Assembly: GCA_035519195.1 (NCBI GenBank)
Contig: DATIWU010000062.1
Location: 757 to 64,756, forward strand
Length of the DNA stretch: 64,000 nucleotides
Direction: 5' to 3'
Source of the DNA: Gemmatimonadales bacterium
GTDB lineage: Bacteria; Gemmatimonadota; Gemmatimonadetes; Gemmatimonadales; GWC2-71-9
Position numbers and translations under genes: made by a program. Every line of letters begins with the position of its first letter. The first letter of the stretch is position 1. This document shows positions 17,306 through 27,404 of this stretch, piece after piece. The notes under the pieces are model-generated. The model had not been told where the DNA came from. It saw only the letters and a list, made by a program, of their open reading frames with translations, and did no database searches.

Positions 17306-17832
17306 GCGGCGAGGCGCTCCCGGATTTGTCTCGCGTGATGGCCGCAGTGCCAGGTGTGAAATTGCAGCCACTCGGGCAACGTCAGATCTCCGAGCACGGG
17401 GTGTTTGACGAACAGATCGCCCGATCGCCGCGGCAGGAGCTCGCGGGTCAGCCGCTCGAACCGCTCCACGCCCTCCCGAAACTGCCGTTCGACCGCATCT
17501 CGCTCGGGCTGCACCGCGGGCAGCGTCGCTGGTGGCGCGCGCCTGCGCGGCGACCAGCCAATGGTCGTGATGAAGAAATAAGCCGAAATCTGAAACAGCG
17601 TGCGCGGCCGCCGCCGCATTGGCTCGCGATCGCGGCGCGACTCGAACGTCCGGCCGCTGTGCTCGATGCCCAGCGCCAGATGATGCACGATCTGGGCGGC
17701 GCTCCACTTTCCGTCGCTGGCGCGATACCAGTCTGCGTCGGAACGCTGTGCGAGGGGTCCGAGGACCACGCGACAGACGTCGCTGAATGGCGTCACGGAA
17801 CGCCACAACAGGCGAACGCATCGAACGGACAA
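17302..17832 (-). CDS. DinB-family (DinB_2) protein
   Basis: Conserved His pattern (AAQIVHHLALGIE ... HTWHCGHHARQI). The start codon is uncertain because the listed start overlaps the upstream gene by 40 nt. Confidence 0.65.
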   Translation of the reverse strand: MSVRCVRLLWRSVTPFSDVCRVVLGPLAQRSDADWYRASDGKWSAAQIVHHLALGIEHSGRTFESRRDREPMRRRPRTLFQISAYFFITTIGWSPRRRAPPATLPAVQPERDAVERQFREGVERFERLTRELLPRRSGDLFVKHPVLGDLTLPEWLQFHTWHCGHHARQIRERLAA

Positions 17833-18212
17833 TCGTTCACCGGGCAGGCGTTCTCTCCAGGCCCGGCACTCTGATTTTTCGCCACGATGACCGTGGCGAT
17901 CGCGCCGCCAACGAGAATCGACGCCACCAGCGCACCGGTGCGCGCATCGGACGGCTCGCGCGCCTCGAGCTTCACGACATCCGTGAATCTGAGACTGTGC
18001 GCGGCACCGTTCGCGGTCCCCTGCAGCGTGTCGCCAACGAGACGAGGGGCGTCGAGCGTGAGCGTCGTCGCATCGGAGCGCGTAACCCGCACTCTTGCGG
18101 GCGGGTGAGCGCTGATCAACTGGTCACGGTCGATCGGCCGAACCGTGGTGCAGGCGAGCGATATCAGGGTCAGGATCGAGCCCGTTACGGACCGGTACGT
18201 CCCGGTGGGCAT
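17793..18212 (-). CDS. hypothetical lipoprotein with a Cys-rich C-terminus
   Basis: Signal and lipobox-like ILTLISLAC. C-terminal ENACPVNDCPFDAFACCGVP. Confidence 0.4.
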   Translation of the reverse strand: MPTGTYRSVTGSILTLISLACTTVRPIDRDQLISAHPPARVRVTRSDATTLTLDAPRLVGDTLQGTANGAAHSLRFTDVVKLEAREPSDARTGALVASILVGGAIATVIVAKNQSAGPGENACPVNDCPFDAFACCGVP

Positions 18213-18247
18213 GGGAGTCCCTCCTCGCGCGCAAAATCATTATTGTT

Positions 18248-19486
18248 GTGCCACTTTGTACACCCCCTGGTAACCTGCCGGTGCGCCTCGTCGGCCGCTA
18301 CCCGGTCTCGCTCGTCCTGATCGCGCTCATTCTCTGGAGCGCGGCGACTCCACTCCCTTCCCTGCTCGACGCGGTCACCGGCGCTCCGGCGCCCGACGCG
18401 GACCTGGTCCGCCCCGCGAGCTACGTGGCGATCGCGCCCGTGTCCAATGTGCTCGATGCCTTGACGTTTCTTGGGCTCGACCGCGCCCGCGCCCTGCTCC
18501 TCTCCTGGGCAGCCGCATTGGCGCTCGTCGGCGCGCTCCGTGCCGGCAGCGTGGGGAGGCGGGCGCTGGGGGCCGCGCTCGGGGTGCTGTGGGTGCTCGC
18601 TGCCGTGGTGGCCACGGTGTTTCTGCCGCGCCCGGTCCCGCGCCTCGTGGTCGATGACCCCGCGCTTACGGTAATCGACTATCACGCCCACACGCGGGCG
18701 TCGCATGACGGCCGCCGAGACTGGACGGACGGTGACCTGGCACGCTGGCATGCCGCGCAGGGCTTCGAGGCCACGTATGTGACCGATCACAACCGCGTGT
18801 TCGACGGGACGAGCGAAGACCAGCCCGTCGCGCTGCTCCCCGGCGCCGAGTGGAGCGTGAACGGCCAGCACCTGCTGGCCCTGGGCGAAACCGCGCCGAT
18901 CGATCCGGGGCGGTTCAATCGCGACCTTCCGGCGCTGCTCGCGCTGTTCCCCGAGCTGCACAAGCAGGGAGCGCTCGCGATTGCGTCCATCCCCGAATAC
19001 TGGCGCGCCCACTGGAACGACCTCGACGCCTTCGTCCGCGCCGGGATCGATGGCTTCGAGATCGTCAATTGCGCGCCCAAGGCCATCGTGTTTCCGCCCG
19101 CCGCGCGGGCACGCGTGGTGGCGCTCGCGAAGGCACACAACCTGCTGCTCACCGGCGGAAGCGACAATCACGGCTGGGGCAAGGTTACCTGCGTCTGGAA
19201 CCTGGCCCGGCCCAGCGCCCACGGATTTGCCGCGAACCGCGTGATCGCCCGTCCCATCGCGCTGCTCCAGTCGGATCACCACGTCTGGACGGCCGGGTAC
19301 GACCAGGCGTGGCTCATGTTTCGCGGGCTCACGTGGCCCGAGCGTGTGAGTTGGCTCACGTGGATTCTGGTGCTCGGGATTTATCGTGCGGTCCCCCGGC
19401 GCGCGGGGGATGGCGGCGGCCTGGGTATTCTGGCGCGCAGCCTGAAGCTGCGCCTGTTGCGGCGCCCCGAGCCGGCGGGGAGCTAA
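18248..19486 (+). CDS. membrane-anchored PHP (polymerase/histidinol-phosphatase) domain protein
   Basis: N-terminal TM segments, then IDYHAHTRASHDG... and TYVTDHN (PHP metal-binding motifs), plus a C-terminal TM. Confidence 0.6.
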   Translation: MPLCTPPGNLPVRLVGRYPVSLVLIALILWSAATPLPSLLDAVTGAPAPDADLVRPASYVAIAPVSNVLDALTFLGLDRARALLLSWAAALALVGALRAGSVGRRALGAALGVLWVLAAVVATVFLPRPVPRLVVDDPALTVIDYHAHTRASHDGRRDWTDGDLARWHAAQGFEATYVTDHNRVFDGTSEDQPVALLPGAEWSVNGQHLLALGETAPIDPGRFNRDLPALLALFPELHKQGALAIASIPEYWRAHWNDLDAFVRAGIDGFEIVNCAPKAIVFPPAARARVVALAKAHNLLLTGGSDNHGWGKVTCVWNLARPSAHGFAANRVIARPIALLQSDHHVWTAGYDQAWLMFRGLTWPERVSWLTWILVLGIYRAVPRRAGDGGGLGILARSLKLRLLRRPEPAGS

Positions 19487-19508
19487 TCCACTTTTTTACA
19501 CAAAGTAC

Positions 19509-19537
19509 TTGACACAAATTCGCCTCCTGACTAGGCT
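19509..19537 (+). promoter_or_regulatory. candidate promoter TTGACA-17-TAGGCT placing the TSS on ATG 19544 (leaderless)
   Basis: Consensus -35 at 19509-19514 and TAnnnT at 19532-19537. The ATG begins 7 nt after the -10. No SD. Confidence 0.35.
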
Positions 19538-19543
19538 CTCGCC

Positions 19544-20158
19544 ATGACGTTTTCCCGCCGCGCCACGCGGCCGCCCGTCGACGCTCCGGCGCTTCATGAC
19601 CGGGCCATGGACAACCTCCGCTTCATCCGCGAGACGATGGAGCGGGCGGGCGCGTTCACGGCGGTGCCGGGATGGGGGCAGGTGTGGGTTGGCTGCACGG
19701 CCGTGATTGCGGCGCTCATGGCTGCGCGGCAAAGCAATGTCGAGCTGTGGCTCGTGATCTGGCTCGCCGAAGCCGTTGTCGCCCTGGTGATCGGCGGATG
19801 GGCGCTGGCGCGCAAAGCGCACGCGGCGAACGATCCCATTCTCTCGGGACCGGCGCGGCGCTTTGGGCTGAGCTTCCTCCCCCCGATGGCCGCCGCCGGG
19901 CTGCTCACGATCGCCCTGTACCGTGCCGGTGTCTGGCAGGCGCTGCCCGCCACCTGGCTCATGATGTATGGCGCGGGTGTCGCGACGGCGGGCGCCTTTT
20001 CGGTGCGCGTGGTGCCCGTGATGGGCCTGTGTTTCATGCTGCTAGGCGCGGTCGCCTTGTTCGGCCCGGCTGCCTGGGGCAACTGGTGCATGGCCGCCGG
20101 GTTCGGCGGACTCCACTTGGTGTTCGGCGCCATCATCGCTCGGAAATACGGTGGCTAA
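19544..20158 (+). CDS. hypothetical integral membrane protein
   Basis: Five to six hydrophobic helices. Overlaps the downstream regulator gene by 8 nt. Confidence 0.5.
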   Translation: MTFSRRATRPPVDAPALHDRAMDNLRFIRETMERAGAFTAVPGWGQVWVGCTAVIAALMAARQSNVELWLVIWLAEAVVALVIGGWALARKAHAANDPILSGPARRFGLSFLPPMAAAGLLTIALYRAGVWQALPATWLMMYGAGVATAGAFSVRVVPVMGLCFMLLGAVALFGPAAWGNWCMAAGFGGLHLVFGAIIARKYGG

Positions 20159-20558
20159 GTCCAACACCGCCCACCGGCCCGAACGCGCTCAGCGGAACCC
20201 GCCGAGCGCTCCGCGCGCCGCTTCCGCGCCGGCCCCCGCCCCCGCCCCCGCCCCCGAGGCGGCGCGGCTCGATCGACTCATTCATGAGCGTATCAGGCTC
20301 GGCATTGTGAGCGCGCTGGCCGTGAACACCAGCCTCACGTTCAACGAGCTCAAGCAGCTGCTGCACACCACGGACGGAAATCTCAGCGTCCATGCCCGGA
20401 AGCTCGAAGACGCGCAGTACATCAAGTGCACCAAATCCTTCGCCGGGCGCGTCCCGAAAACCGACTTCCGTCTCACGCAAACGGGACGCCGCGCCCTTCT
20501 GGAGTACTTGAACCACATGGAAGCCTTGATTCGCGCCACGCGGGAGGGATCGGCATGA
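20151..20558 (+). CDS. winged-helix transcriptional regulator with an N-terminal Ala/Pro repeat
   Basis: [52 protein letters not shown] (wHTH, HTH_34/ArsR-like). N-terminal PAPAPAPAP tract. Confidence 0.7.
   Translation: MAKSNTAHRPERAQRNPPSAPRAASAPAPAPAPAPEAARLDRLIHERIRLGIVSALAVNTSLTFNELKQLLHTTDGNLSVHARKLEDAQYIKCTKSFAGRVPKTDFRLTQTGRRALLEYLNHMEALIRATREGSA
20232..20255 (+). repeat. (GCCCCC)x4 in-frame hexanucleotide repeat, (GGGGGC)x4 on the minus strand
   Basis: Read directly. It encodes the PAPAPAPAP tract of the regulator. Confidence 0.9.
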
Positions 20559-21190
20559 CAGCCTCCCGTTCGATTCATGTCGCCATCGTCATGGACGGCA
20601 ACGGCCGCTGGGCCACGCGCCGCGGCCTGCCGCGCACCGCCGGGCATCGGGCCGGAGCGCAGCGGGTGCGGCCCATTGTCGAAGCGTCGCCGGATCTTGG
20701 CGTGGGCGCGCTCACACTGTTCGCGTTCTCCGCGGACAACTGGAAACGTCCGCCGGCCGAGGTCTCGGCGCTGATGCGCTTGCTCGCCCGCCATCTGCGA
20801 ATCGAGACACCCCGGCTCCAGGCCAACGGGGTACGGCTCGAGGTCGTCGGGCGGCGCGATCGCCTCCCCGCCCCGCTCGTCGCCGCGATCGCCGCCGCCG
20901 AGTCGGCAACCGCCGCAGGACGCAAGCTGCACTTCCGCCTTGCCATCGATTACTCGTCGCGCGAGTCGATCACCGCCGGTCGATTGCTCCCCGATGTCGA
21001 CCTCCTCATCCGCACCGGTGGGGAGCAGCGGCTGAGCGACTTCCTGCTGTGGGAGAGCGCCTACGCCGAGCTGTATTTCACCGAGCGGATGTGGCCCGAG
21101 TTCGGACCACCGGATCTGGCTCAGGCCGTGGCGGAATTTCAGGCGCGCGAACGCCGTTACGGAGCCGTCCCGAAGGCAGCCGCCTCCTAG
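20555..21190 (+). CDS. uppS: isoprenyl transferase (undecaprenyl-diphosphate synthase family), compact 211-aa form
   Basis: [52 protein letters not shown] overlap with the regulator stop. Confidence 0.85.
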   Translation: MTASRSIHVAIVMDGNGRWATRRGLPRTAGHRAGAQRVRPIVEASPDLGVGALTLFAFSADNWKRPPAEVSALMRLLARHLRIETPRLQANGVRLEVVGRRDRLPAPLVAAIAAAESATAAGRKLHFRLAIDYSSRESITAGRLLPDVDLLIRTGGEQRLSDFLLWESAYAELYFTERMWPEFGPPDLAQAVAEFQARERRYGAVPKAAAS

Positions 21191-21202
21191 TAACTTAGGC
21201 GC

Positions 21203-22000
21203 GTGCCCTCTACGCGTCTGCCCATCGTGCAGGTCGATGCCTTCACCGATCGGCCATTCGCCGGCAACCCTGCCGCGGTGTGCATCCTGCCCGCCCCACG
21301 CGACGAGCGCTGGATGCAGGACGTCGCCAGGGAAATGAATCTCTCCGAGACCGCGTTTCTCCATCCCGAGAATTCGGGGTACCGGCTGCGCTGGTTCACT
21401 CCGGCAGCCGAGGTGGCGTTGTGTGGGCACGCCACGCTCGCGAGCGCTCATGTGCTCTGGCAGGACGGCCTGCTGCCTCCCGACGCGACCGCGCGGTTTC
21501 ACACCAAGAGCGGCATCCTGAGCGGGCGGCGGCTCGAGGCGTGGATCGAGCTCGACTTTCCGGCCACGCCGGCGCAACCGGCGCCCGCGCCGGCGGGACT
21601 GCTCCAGGCGCTCGGAGTTCGCGCCCGCACCGTGGCGCGCACGCGGTTCGATTACCTGCTCGAGCTGGACGACGAAGCCGCCGTCCGGGCCGTCCAACCC
21701 GACTTCGGCGCGCTGTCGCGCGTCGAGGCGCGTGGCATCATGGTCACGAGCCGCGCGAGTGCGCCGGGGTACGACTTCGTCTCCCGTTTCTTCGCGCCGC
21801 AAGTGGGGGTGAACGAGGATCCGGTCACCGGTTCGGCACACTGTGCGCTCGCGCCGTTTTGGGCCGAACGGCTGGGCCGGGTGGAGCTCGTGGGATATCA
21901 GGCGTCCGCGCGTGGTGGCACGGTCCGCGTGCGACTCGCCGGAGACCGCGTGCTGCTCGGTGGTCAGGCGGTTACCGTGTTGCGCGGCGAGCTCGTGTAA
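21203..22000 (+). CDS. PhzF-family isomerase
   Basis: LPIVQVDAFTDRPFAGNPAAVC ... ETAF ... CGHATLA ... DPVTGSAHC. Confidence 0.85.
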   Translation: MPSTRLPIVQVDAFTDRPFAGNPAAVCILPAPRDERWMQDVAREMNLSETAFLHPENSGYRLRWFTPAAEVALCGHATLASAHVLWQDGLLPPDATARFHTKSGILSGRRLEAWIELDFPATPAQPAPAPAGLLQALGVRARTVARTRFDYLLELDDEAAVRAVQPDFGALSRVEARGIMVTSRASAPGYDFVSRFFAPQVGVNEDPVTGSAHCALAPFWAERLGRVELVGYQASARGGTVRVRLAGDRVLLGGQAVTVLRGELV

Positions 22001-22001
22001 G

Positions 22002-22967
22002 GTGGAGTCGACCACCAGCGCGGCTGGCCGCGATCGCGACGCACGCGCAACGCGAATCGCCGGGTACGGATTCGCGTTGGCTGCCGGTGCGGTCTGGGGC
22101 ACCACCGGCCCCTTGAGCACCGCCCTGTACAAGGAAGGTGCTTCCCTCACCGGGATTGGATTCTGGCGTATTCTCGTGGGCTCGCTCGCGCTCATCGCCT
22201 ATGGAATGACACGTCCAGGATTTTTCCGGATCGATCGCCGTGGATTGCTGCTTGTCGGGCTCGGGGGAGGCGCGCTGGTCGCGCTATTCGAGGTGGCGTA
22301 TCAGTTCGGCATCGCGGGCACGGGCGTGGCCGGAGCGGCGGCGCTGCTCTACACCGCCCCCGTGATCGTGGCGCTGTTGGCGAAACCGCTGCTCGGCGAG
22401 ACGCTCACCCGCACTCGCCTGCTGCTCGCCGTCGTGGTCATGGCCGGCGCGGCGTTGACCGTGCGCGGCGGCAGTCATGGCTCAGGGGTCACCACCATTG
22501 CCATGCCGAGTCTCATTGCCGGCATCGCGGGAGGGCTGTTCGCGGCGCTGTCGTATGCGGGCAGCACGCTGCTGGGCCGCTGGTCGGTGCCGCGCTATGG
22601 AGCGCAGCGTGTCCTGCTGCTCGAGCTCGCCGGGGGCACACTCATCCTCGGGATCATCCTGCCGCTCGCGGGTCAGCCACCCATCGTGCCGCCCACGCCC
22701 GGGGCCTGGCTCTACATCGCGGCGCTCGCCATCGGTCCCGTGTTGGGCGCGAACTTTCTGTTCTTCGCCGCCCTGCGCCGGATCGACGCCGCGCCGACCG
22801 CTGTCGCGGCAACCATCGAACCCGTGGTGGGTACGATACTCGCCTTGGTGCTCTTCTCCCAGCAGCTTACGGCTGTCGGGTGGCTCGGCCTCGCGCTCGT
22901 CGTCGGCGGAGTCGCCGCCGGATATCTCACTGAGGGAGAAGCTCCCGATCGCGTCGCGGAAGTCTGA
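22002..22967 (+). CDS. EamA/DMT-family transporter
   Basis: Ten hydrophobic segments in two EamA-like halves. GTG 22002 follows the PhzF stop by 1 nt. The listed start at 21843 lies inside PhzF. Confidence 0.75.
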   Translation: MESTTSAAGRDRDARATRIAGYGFALAAGAVWGTTGPLSTALYKEGASLTGIGFWRILVGSLALIAYGMTRPGFFRIDRRGLLLVGLGGGALVALFEVAYQFGIAGTGVAGAAALLYTAPVIVALLAKPLLGETLTRTRLLLAVVVMAGAALTVRGGSHGSGVTTIAMPSLIAGIAGGLFAALSYAGSTLLGRWSVPRYGAQRVLLLELAGGTLILGIILPLAGQPPIVPPTPGAWLYIAALAIGPVLGANFLFFAALRRIDAAPTAVAATIEPVVGTILALVLFSQQLTAVGWLGLALVVGGVAAGYLTEGEAPDRVAEV

Positions 22968-23006
22968 CCGCCGCGCTCCCGTTTCGTCACTCGAGGACTG
23001 CCCCGC

Positions 23007-24977
23007 ATGCTCTCTCTCGCGCTCGCGGCCACGCTGCTGCAGCAGCAACAGCGACCCGCTCAGCAGACGCAGCTTCCGCCACTCCCGGTGCAGGTCGGTG
23101 ACACGTCGCCGTTCCGGCGGTTGCCGCTTCCGACCGCAACCATGATCCGGACCGGCTCAGGGTCGCCGGGGCCGGTGTACTGGCAGCAGCGAGCCGATTA
23201 CGTGATTCGCGCGACGCTCGATACCGGGACGCAGACGCTCTCGGGCCGCGAAACCATCCGGTACACCAACAACTCTCCGGACACCCTGCGGTACGTCTGG
23301 GTGCAGCTCGACCAGAACATTTATCGGCAGGACAGCCGCGCGGGGTTTCTCGCCCCGCCGGGCGCGAGATTCGCGGGCGGCGGGTTCGTTGGCGGGTACA
23401 CGATCGAAGACTTTTCCTCGGTGCAGCCAGCCGACAAGAAGACGAGCCGGCAGGCGGACAAGAAGACGCCGCTGAAAATGACGGTGGACGGCACGCTCAT
23501 GCGGGTCGATTTGGACCGTCCCCTCCCTCCCAAGGGCACGGTCGAGTTCAACGTCGTCTATCAGTTCCAGATACCCGAACATGGCTCCGACCGGATGGGA
23601 CGAGAGCTGTACACGGAGGGTTGGGAGTACGAGCTGGCGCAGTGGTACCCGCGCATGGCCGTGTACGACGACGTGCGGGGCTGGAACACCGAGCAATATC
23701 TCGGCCAGGGAGAGTTCTATCTCGAGTACGGGGATTTCGACGTGGAGCTCACGGTTCCGCGCAACTTCATCGTCGTCGCCACCGGCACGTTGCTCAATCC
23801 CGCCGACGTGCTGACGCAGACCCAGCGCGACCGGCTGGCGCAGGCGCTCAAATCGGATCGCACGGTGGCGATCGTCGGGCGGAACGAGGTGGGGAACCCG
23901 TCGACACGGCCCGCCGGAAAGACGCCGACGCTGACATGGCATTTCGAAGCGAAGAACGTGCGCGACGTGGCCTGGGCCGCGGCGCCGAATTTCATCTGGG
24001 ACGCGGCGGGATGGGACGGCATTCTCGTGCAGTCCGCCTACCCGCTCGAAGCCAACTCCGATTGGCAGAATTCCACGCTCTACGCGCGGCATTCGATTCA
24101 GCATTATTCAGACAAGTGGTTCCACTATCCCTACCCGGTCGCGACGAACGTGGGCGGACCGGTGGGGGGCATGGAATATCCCATGATCGTGTTCTGCGAG
24201 GATCGCTCCGGCGGGCGCGGGCTATTCCAGGTCGAGACGCACGAGCTGGGACATCAGTGGTTCCCCATGACCGTCGGATCGAACGAGCGGCTGTATGCGT
24301 GGATGGACGAAGGCTTCAACACGTTCATCAACATCTATTCGGAGATGACGTTTTATCACGACTCGATACCGCAGGGGCGCGGCGCCGCGACGCAATGGGC
24401 GCGCTTCGCAGCGCTCGGGCTCGACCAGCCCCCGATGCTTCCGGCAGACCGTGTTGCCCCTCGCCTGCTCGGTCAAGTGGAGTACAACAAGCCGGCAACC
24501 GGGTTGTATCTCCTGCGCCAGTACATCATCGGCGACACCACGCGATTCGACGCCGCCTTCCGGGAATACATCCGCCGCTGGGCCTTCAAACACCCCACCC
24601 CGGCGGATTTCTTCCGCAGTATGGAGGACGGATTGGGTGAAGACTTGTCGTGGTTCTGGCGGGGCTGGTTCTATCGCACGGACGTGGTCGACCAGGCAGT
24701 CGACTCGCTCAGCACGGTCAGGGATTCGAACGGGGTCACCTATACGGGGATTTTTCTCTCCAGTCTCGGCGCGCTTCCCATGCCCGTCGACCTGCGGATT
24801 ACGTTCGCGGATCGCTCAACCACTCGGGTGCGTCTGCCGGTCGAGGTGTGGATGCAGGGGAGCCGGTACGTGTACGTGCAGCAGTATTCGGATGACGTGA
24901 CGAAAGTCGAAGTCGACCCGGACGGCCGCATCCCGGACGTGCGGCGGGAAAACAATGTCTGGCCGAAGGGACGGTAG
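23007..24977 (+). CDS. M1-family zinc metallopeptidase (aminopeptidase N-like), secreted
   Basis: GGMEYPMIVF exopeptidase-like motif and HELGHQWF...WMDEGFNTF (HExxH-x18-E). N-terminal signal. Confidence 0.85.
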   Translation: MLSLALAATLLQQQQRPAQQTQLPPLPVQVGDTSPFRRLPLPTATMIRTGSGSPGPVYWQQRADYVIRATLDTGTQTLSGRETIRYTNNSPDTLRYVWVQLDQNIYRQDSRAGFLAPPGARFAGGGFVGGYTIEDFSSVQPADKKTSRQADKKTPLKMTVDGTLMRVDLDRPLPPKGTVEFNVVYQFQIPEHGSDRMGRELYTEGWEYELAQWYPRMAVYDDVRGWNTEQYLGQGEFYLEYGDFDVELTVPRNFIVVATGTLLNPADVLTQTQRDRLAQALKSDRTVAIVGRNEVGNPSTRPAGKTPTLTWHFEAKNVRDVAWAAAPNFIWDAAGWDGILVQSAYPLEANSDWQNSTLYARHSIQHYSDKWFHYPYPVATNVGGPVGGMEYPMIVFCEDRSGGRGLFQVETHELGHQWFPMTVGSNERLYAWMDEGFNTFINIYSEMTFYHDSIPQGRGAATQWARFAALGLDQPPMLPADRVAPRLLGQVEYNKPATGLYLLRQYIIGDTTRFDAAFREYIRRWAFKHPTPADFFRSMEDGLGEDLSWFWRGWFYRTDVVDQAVDSLSTVRDSNGVTYTGIFLSSLGALPMPVDLRITFADRSTTRVRLPVEVWMQGSRYVYVQQYSDDVTKVEVDPDGRIPDVRRENNVWPKGR

Positions 24978-24983
24978 ATCGAG

Positions 24984-27020
24984 TCACCGCCCTCCAGCTG
25001 TGGCCGTCGGCCGCAGGTACTGATCGACCCAATCCAGCACCGTTCCCCACCAGAGCCGCCGGTCGCGCGGGCGCAGCACCCAATGGCCCTCGTCCGGGAA
25101 ATACAAGAACTTGCCCGGCACGCCCATCGTGCGCAGCGCCGTAAACGCCTGGTAGCCTTCGGAGAGGTCCACGCGATAATCGTGCTGCGAGTGGATGATC
25201 AGCATCGGCGTCTTCCAGTTCTGCGCGAAATTCGAGGGTGACCACTTCTCGTACAGCTCCCGGTTTGCGGACGGCGTACCGCCGAACTCCCAGGTCACGA
25301 ACCACAGCTCTTCCGTCGACCCGAACATGCTGACGGTATTGAACACGCCGTCATGATCCACGAGGACCTTGAACCGATTCGTGTGCCCCGCAATCCAGTA
25401 CACCATGTACCCACCGTACGAGGCCCCCGCCGCGCCCATGCGCGTCGAGTCGACGTACGGCAGGCGTGACAGCACGTCCACGCCCTTCATCACGTCATCG
25501 TACGGATAGTCGCCCCAGTGCTGCGAAATGGCGTCGGTGAACTTCTGGCCGTATCCCGTGGACCCGTGGAAATTCACGGCGCCGATCACGTAGCCGCGGC
25601 TCGCGAACATCTGGTAATTCCAGCGCGCGTGCCAGTCGTCGTCCCAGGCACCTTGCGGACCGCCGTGGACCAGATACAGCAGCGGGTATTTCTTGGTGGC
25701 GTCGAAACCGGGCGGCTTGAGTGCCCAGCCGAACACCGAGTCCCCGAGCGCGCCGACGAAGCCGAACGCCTCGAGCGGTCGCAAGTCCAGCAGCGCCGTG
25801 AGCGAATCGGTGTGGTGGCTCACCGGCTTGCCGTTCGCCCAGACTTCGGGCGGCTGGGTGTTGCTTTGATGGAGGTACGTCACCGTCTTCCCGTCAGCCG
25901 AGCCGGCGGGATTGGTGTTGCAACCGCCGGAATACACCACCGTCCGGCGGAACGAGGGAACGTCGATCCGGTAGAGGTTGAGGCGGCCGCGCTCCTCGAC
26001 CACCGCATACAGGCAATCCGACCCCGGACACCACGAGTACGAGCCGACCGACAACGTCCACCCCGCCGTCGCTTCGACGGGGTTTGCGCCGCCCGTCTTG
26101 CCACCCGCCCGCTGCAACAACATCAGTCGGCCGCGATCCGCCTCGAACCCGGGTCGCTCGAGCGAGACGTACGCCAGCCACTTACCGTCCGGCGAATACC
26201 GCGGCGTGTTATCCGCGCCCTTCGACGTGGTCACCGCTTTCATGCCGGACCCGTCCGGATTGAGCGTGTAGATGTCCACGTTCGTGGTCGTCGCGACGGG
26301 CTCGTTGTGGATCGCGATCGCGATCTCCCGGCCGTCGGGCGCGACGCTCACGTCGCCATCTCCGCTGGTCGCGATGGTGGGAACGTCGCGGTCGTCGGGT
26401 ATGAGGTCCCGGGCTTTCCCGTCAGCGACAGAGATCAGGAATTCGTGCTGTCGGTGCCCGGTCCGCCAATCGTCCCAGTGCCGGTAGAACAGGTCGGTCC
26501 ACAACCGGGCGTCCGTGGGATACTGCCCGTTGCGCCGATCGATTTCCTGATCGGCGGGCCATTTGATGTCGCTCGTTACGAGCAATTCCTTGCCATCCGG
26601 CATCCACACGGGGTCGGACACGCCGTCGGGCAGGCTCGTCAGCTTGCGCGCCTCGCCACCCCGGGCAAACGGCAGCGTCCAGAGCTGCGGAGTGCCATCG
26701 CGCGTGGAGACGAACGCGAGCGACAATCCGTCGGGGGCCCAGCGCGGCTGCCGGTCGGAGCCCGGACCTTCCGTCACCTCGCGGGTGGTGCCTGCCCCGA
26801 TATCGGCGATCCAGATCCGGGATGTGCCGCGATTATCCTGCAGCGAGTACCGTGTCACCGTGTACGCGATCCTGTTCCCGTCCGGGGAAAGCTGCGGATC
26901 GGACACACTCGGCAGCGCGAGGTAATCGTCGATCGTGATGGCGCGCTTCTGGGCAACGACGGGAAGGGGGAAGAGTGCAGCGGGAAGGGTGAGACAGAAT
27001 AGCAACAGCGTGCGTCTCAT
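24984..27020 (-). CDS. S9-family serine peptidase with an N-terminal TolB-like beta-propeller
   Basis: Repeated PxxSPDG propeller motifs. GASYGGYM nucleophile elbow (GxSxGG), plus Asp and His (DEGHW) near the C-terminus. Confidence 0.9.
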   Translation of the reverse strand: MRRTLLLFCLTLPAALFPLPVVAQKRAITIDDYLALPSVSDPQLSPDGNRIAYTVTRYSLQDNRGTSRIWIADIGAGTTREVTEGPGSDRQPRWAPDGLSLAFVSTRDGTPQLWTLPFARGGEARKLTSLPDGVSDPVWMPDGKELLVTSDIKWPADQEIDRRNGQYPTDARLWTDLFYRHWDDWRTGHRQHEFLISVADGKARDLIPDDRDVPTIATSGDGDVSVAPDGREIAIAIHNEPVATTTNVDIYTLNPDGSGMKAVTTSKGADNTPRYSPDGKWLAYVSLERPGFEADRGRLMLLQRAGGKTGGANPVEATAGWTLSVGSYSWCPGSDCLYAVVEERGRLNLYRIDVPSFRRTVVYSGGCNTNPAGSADGKTVTYLHQSNTQPPEVWANGKPVSHHTDSLTALLDLRPLEAFGFVGALGDSVFGWALKPPGFDATKKYPLLYLVHGGPQGAWDDDWHARWNYQMFASRGYVIGAVNFHGSTGYGQKFTDAISQHWGDYPYDDVMKGVDVLSRLPYVDSTRMGAAGASYGGYMVYWIAGHTNRFKVLVDHDGVFNTVSMFGSTEELWFVTWEFGGTPSANRELYEKWSPSNFAQNWKTPMLIIHSQHDYRVDLSEGYQAFTALRTMGVPGKFLYFPDEGHWVLRPRDRRLWWGTVLDWVDQYLRPTATAGGR

Positions 27021-27069
27021 TGCTGGCCTCTCTTTCGGAAGTTACCGCCGCGACCGCCTATTACCCGCC

Positions 27070-27327
27070 CTAGTATTCAGGATGCCGCATGATCGCCGTC
27101 ACGATGTCCTCGAACACCCGGGACGATGGGGTCACAGCGCCCGTGGCATCGGTGTGCACGTTCCAGGCGCACAATTCGTTCAGCGCCGTGGCTTCTTCGT
27201 AGGTCAGCGTCAGGACGTAGCCGTCATCGTCCGAGCGTGCGCCGGACAGCACGCGCTCGAGCACATCGGGAAGATGTTTCGCGCCGCGTAGCGCCTCGAG
27301 CTGCTCCGTGGTCACGAAGAGATCCAT
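27070..27327 (-). CDS. hypothetical 85-aa protein
   Basis: Internal ATG 27327 (MDLFVTTEQLEAL...) chosen. No recognisable domain. Confidence 0.35.
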   Translation of the reverse strand: MDLFVTTEQLEALRGAKHLPDVLERVLSGARSDDDGYVLTLTYEEATALNELCAWNVHTDATGAVTPSSRVFEDIVTAIMRHPEY

Positions 27328-27404
27328 GCTCCCTTGCTTTGCTCGACCGGGGGCGAAATCTTCCCCATTCCCTGTGACGCCGCAACCTGCGAGCGAGGCC
27401 CGAG

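Noticed and set aside
20282-22195. 637-aa minus-strand ORF antisense to the regulator, uppS and PhzF genes
   Set aside because: There is no domain signature and the composition is biased. The plus-strand genes carry strong motifs.
25518-27002. 494-aa plus-strand ORF antisense to the S9 peptidase
   Set aside because: GC-artefact ORF. The minus-strand product has a complete propeller plus the catalytic triad.
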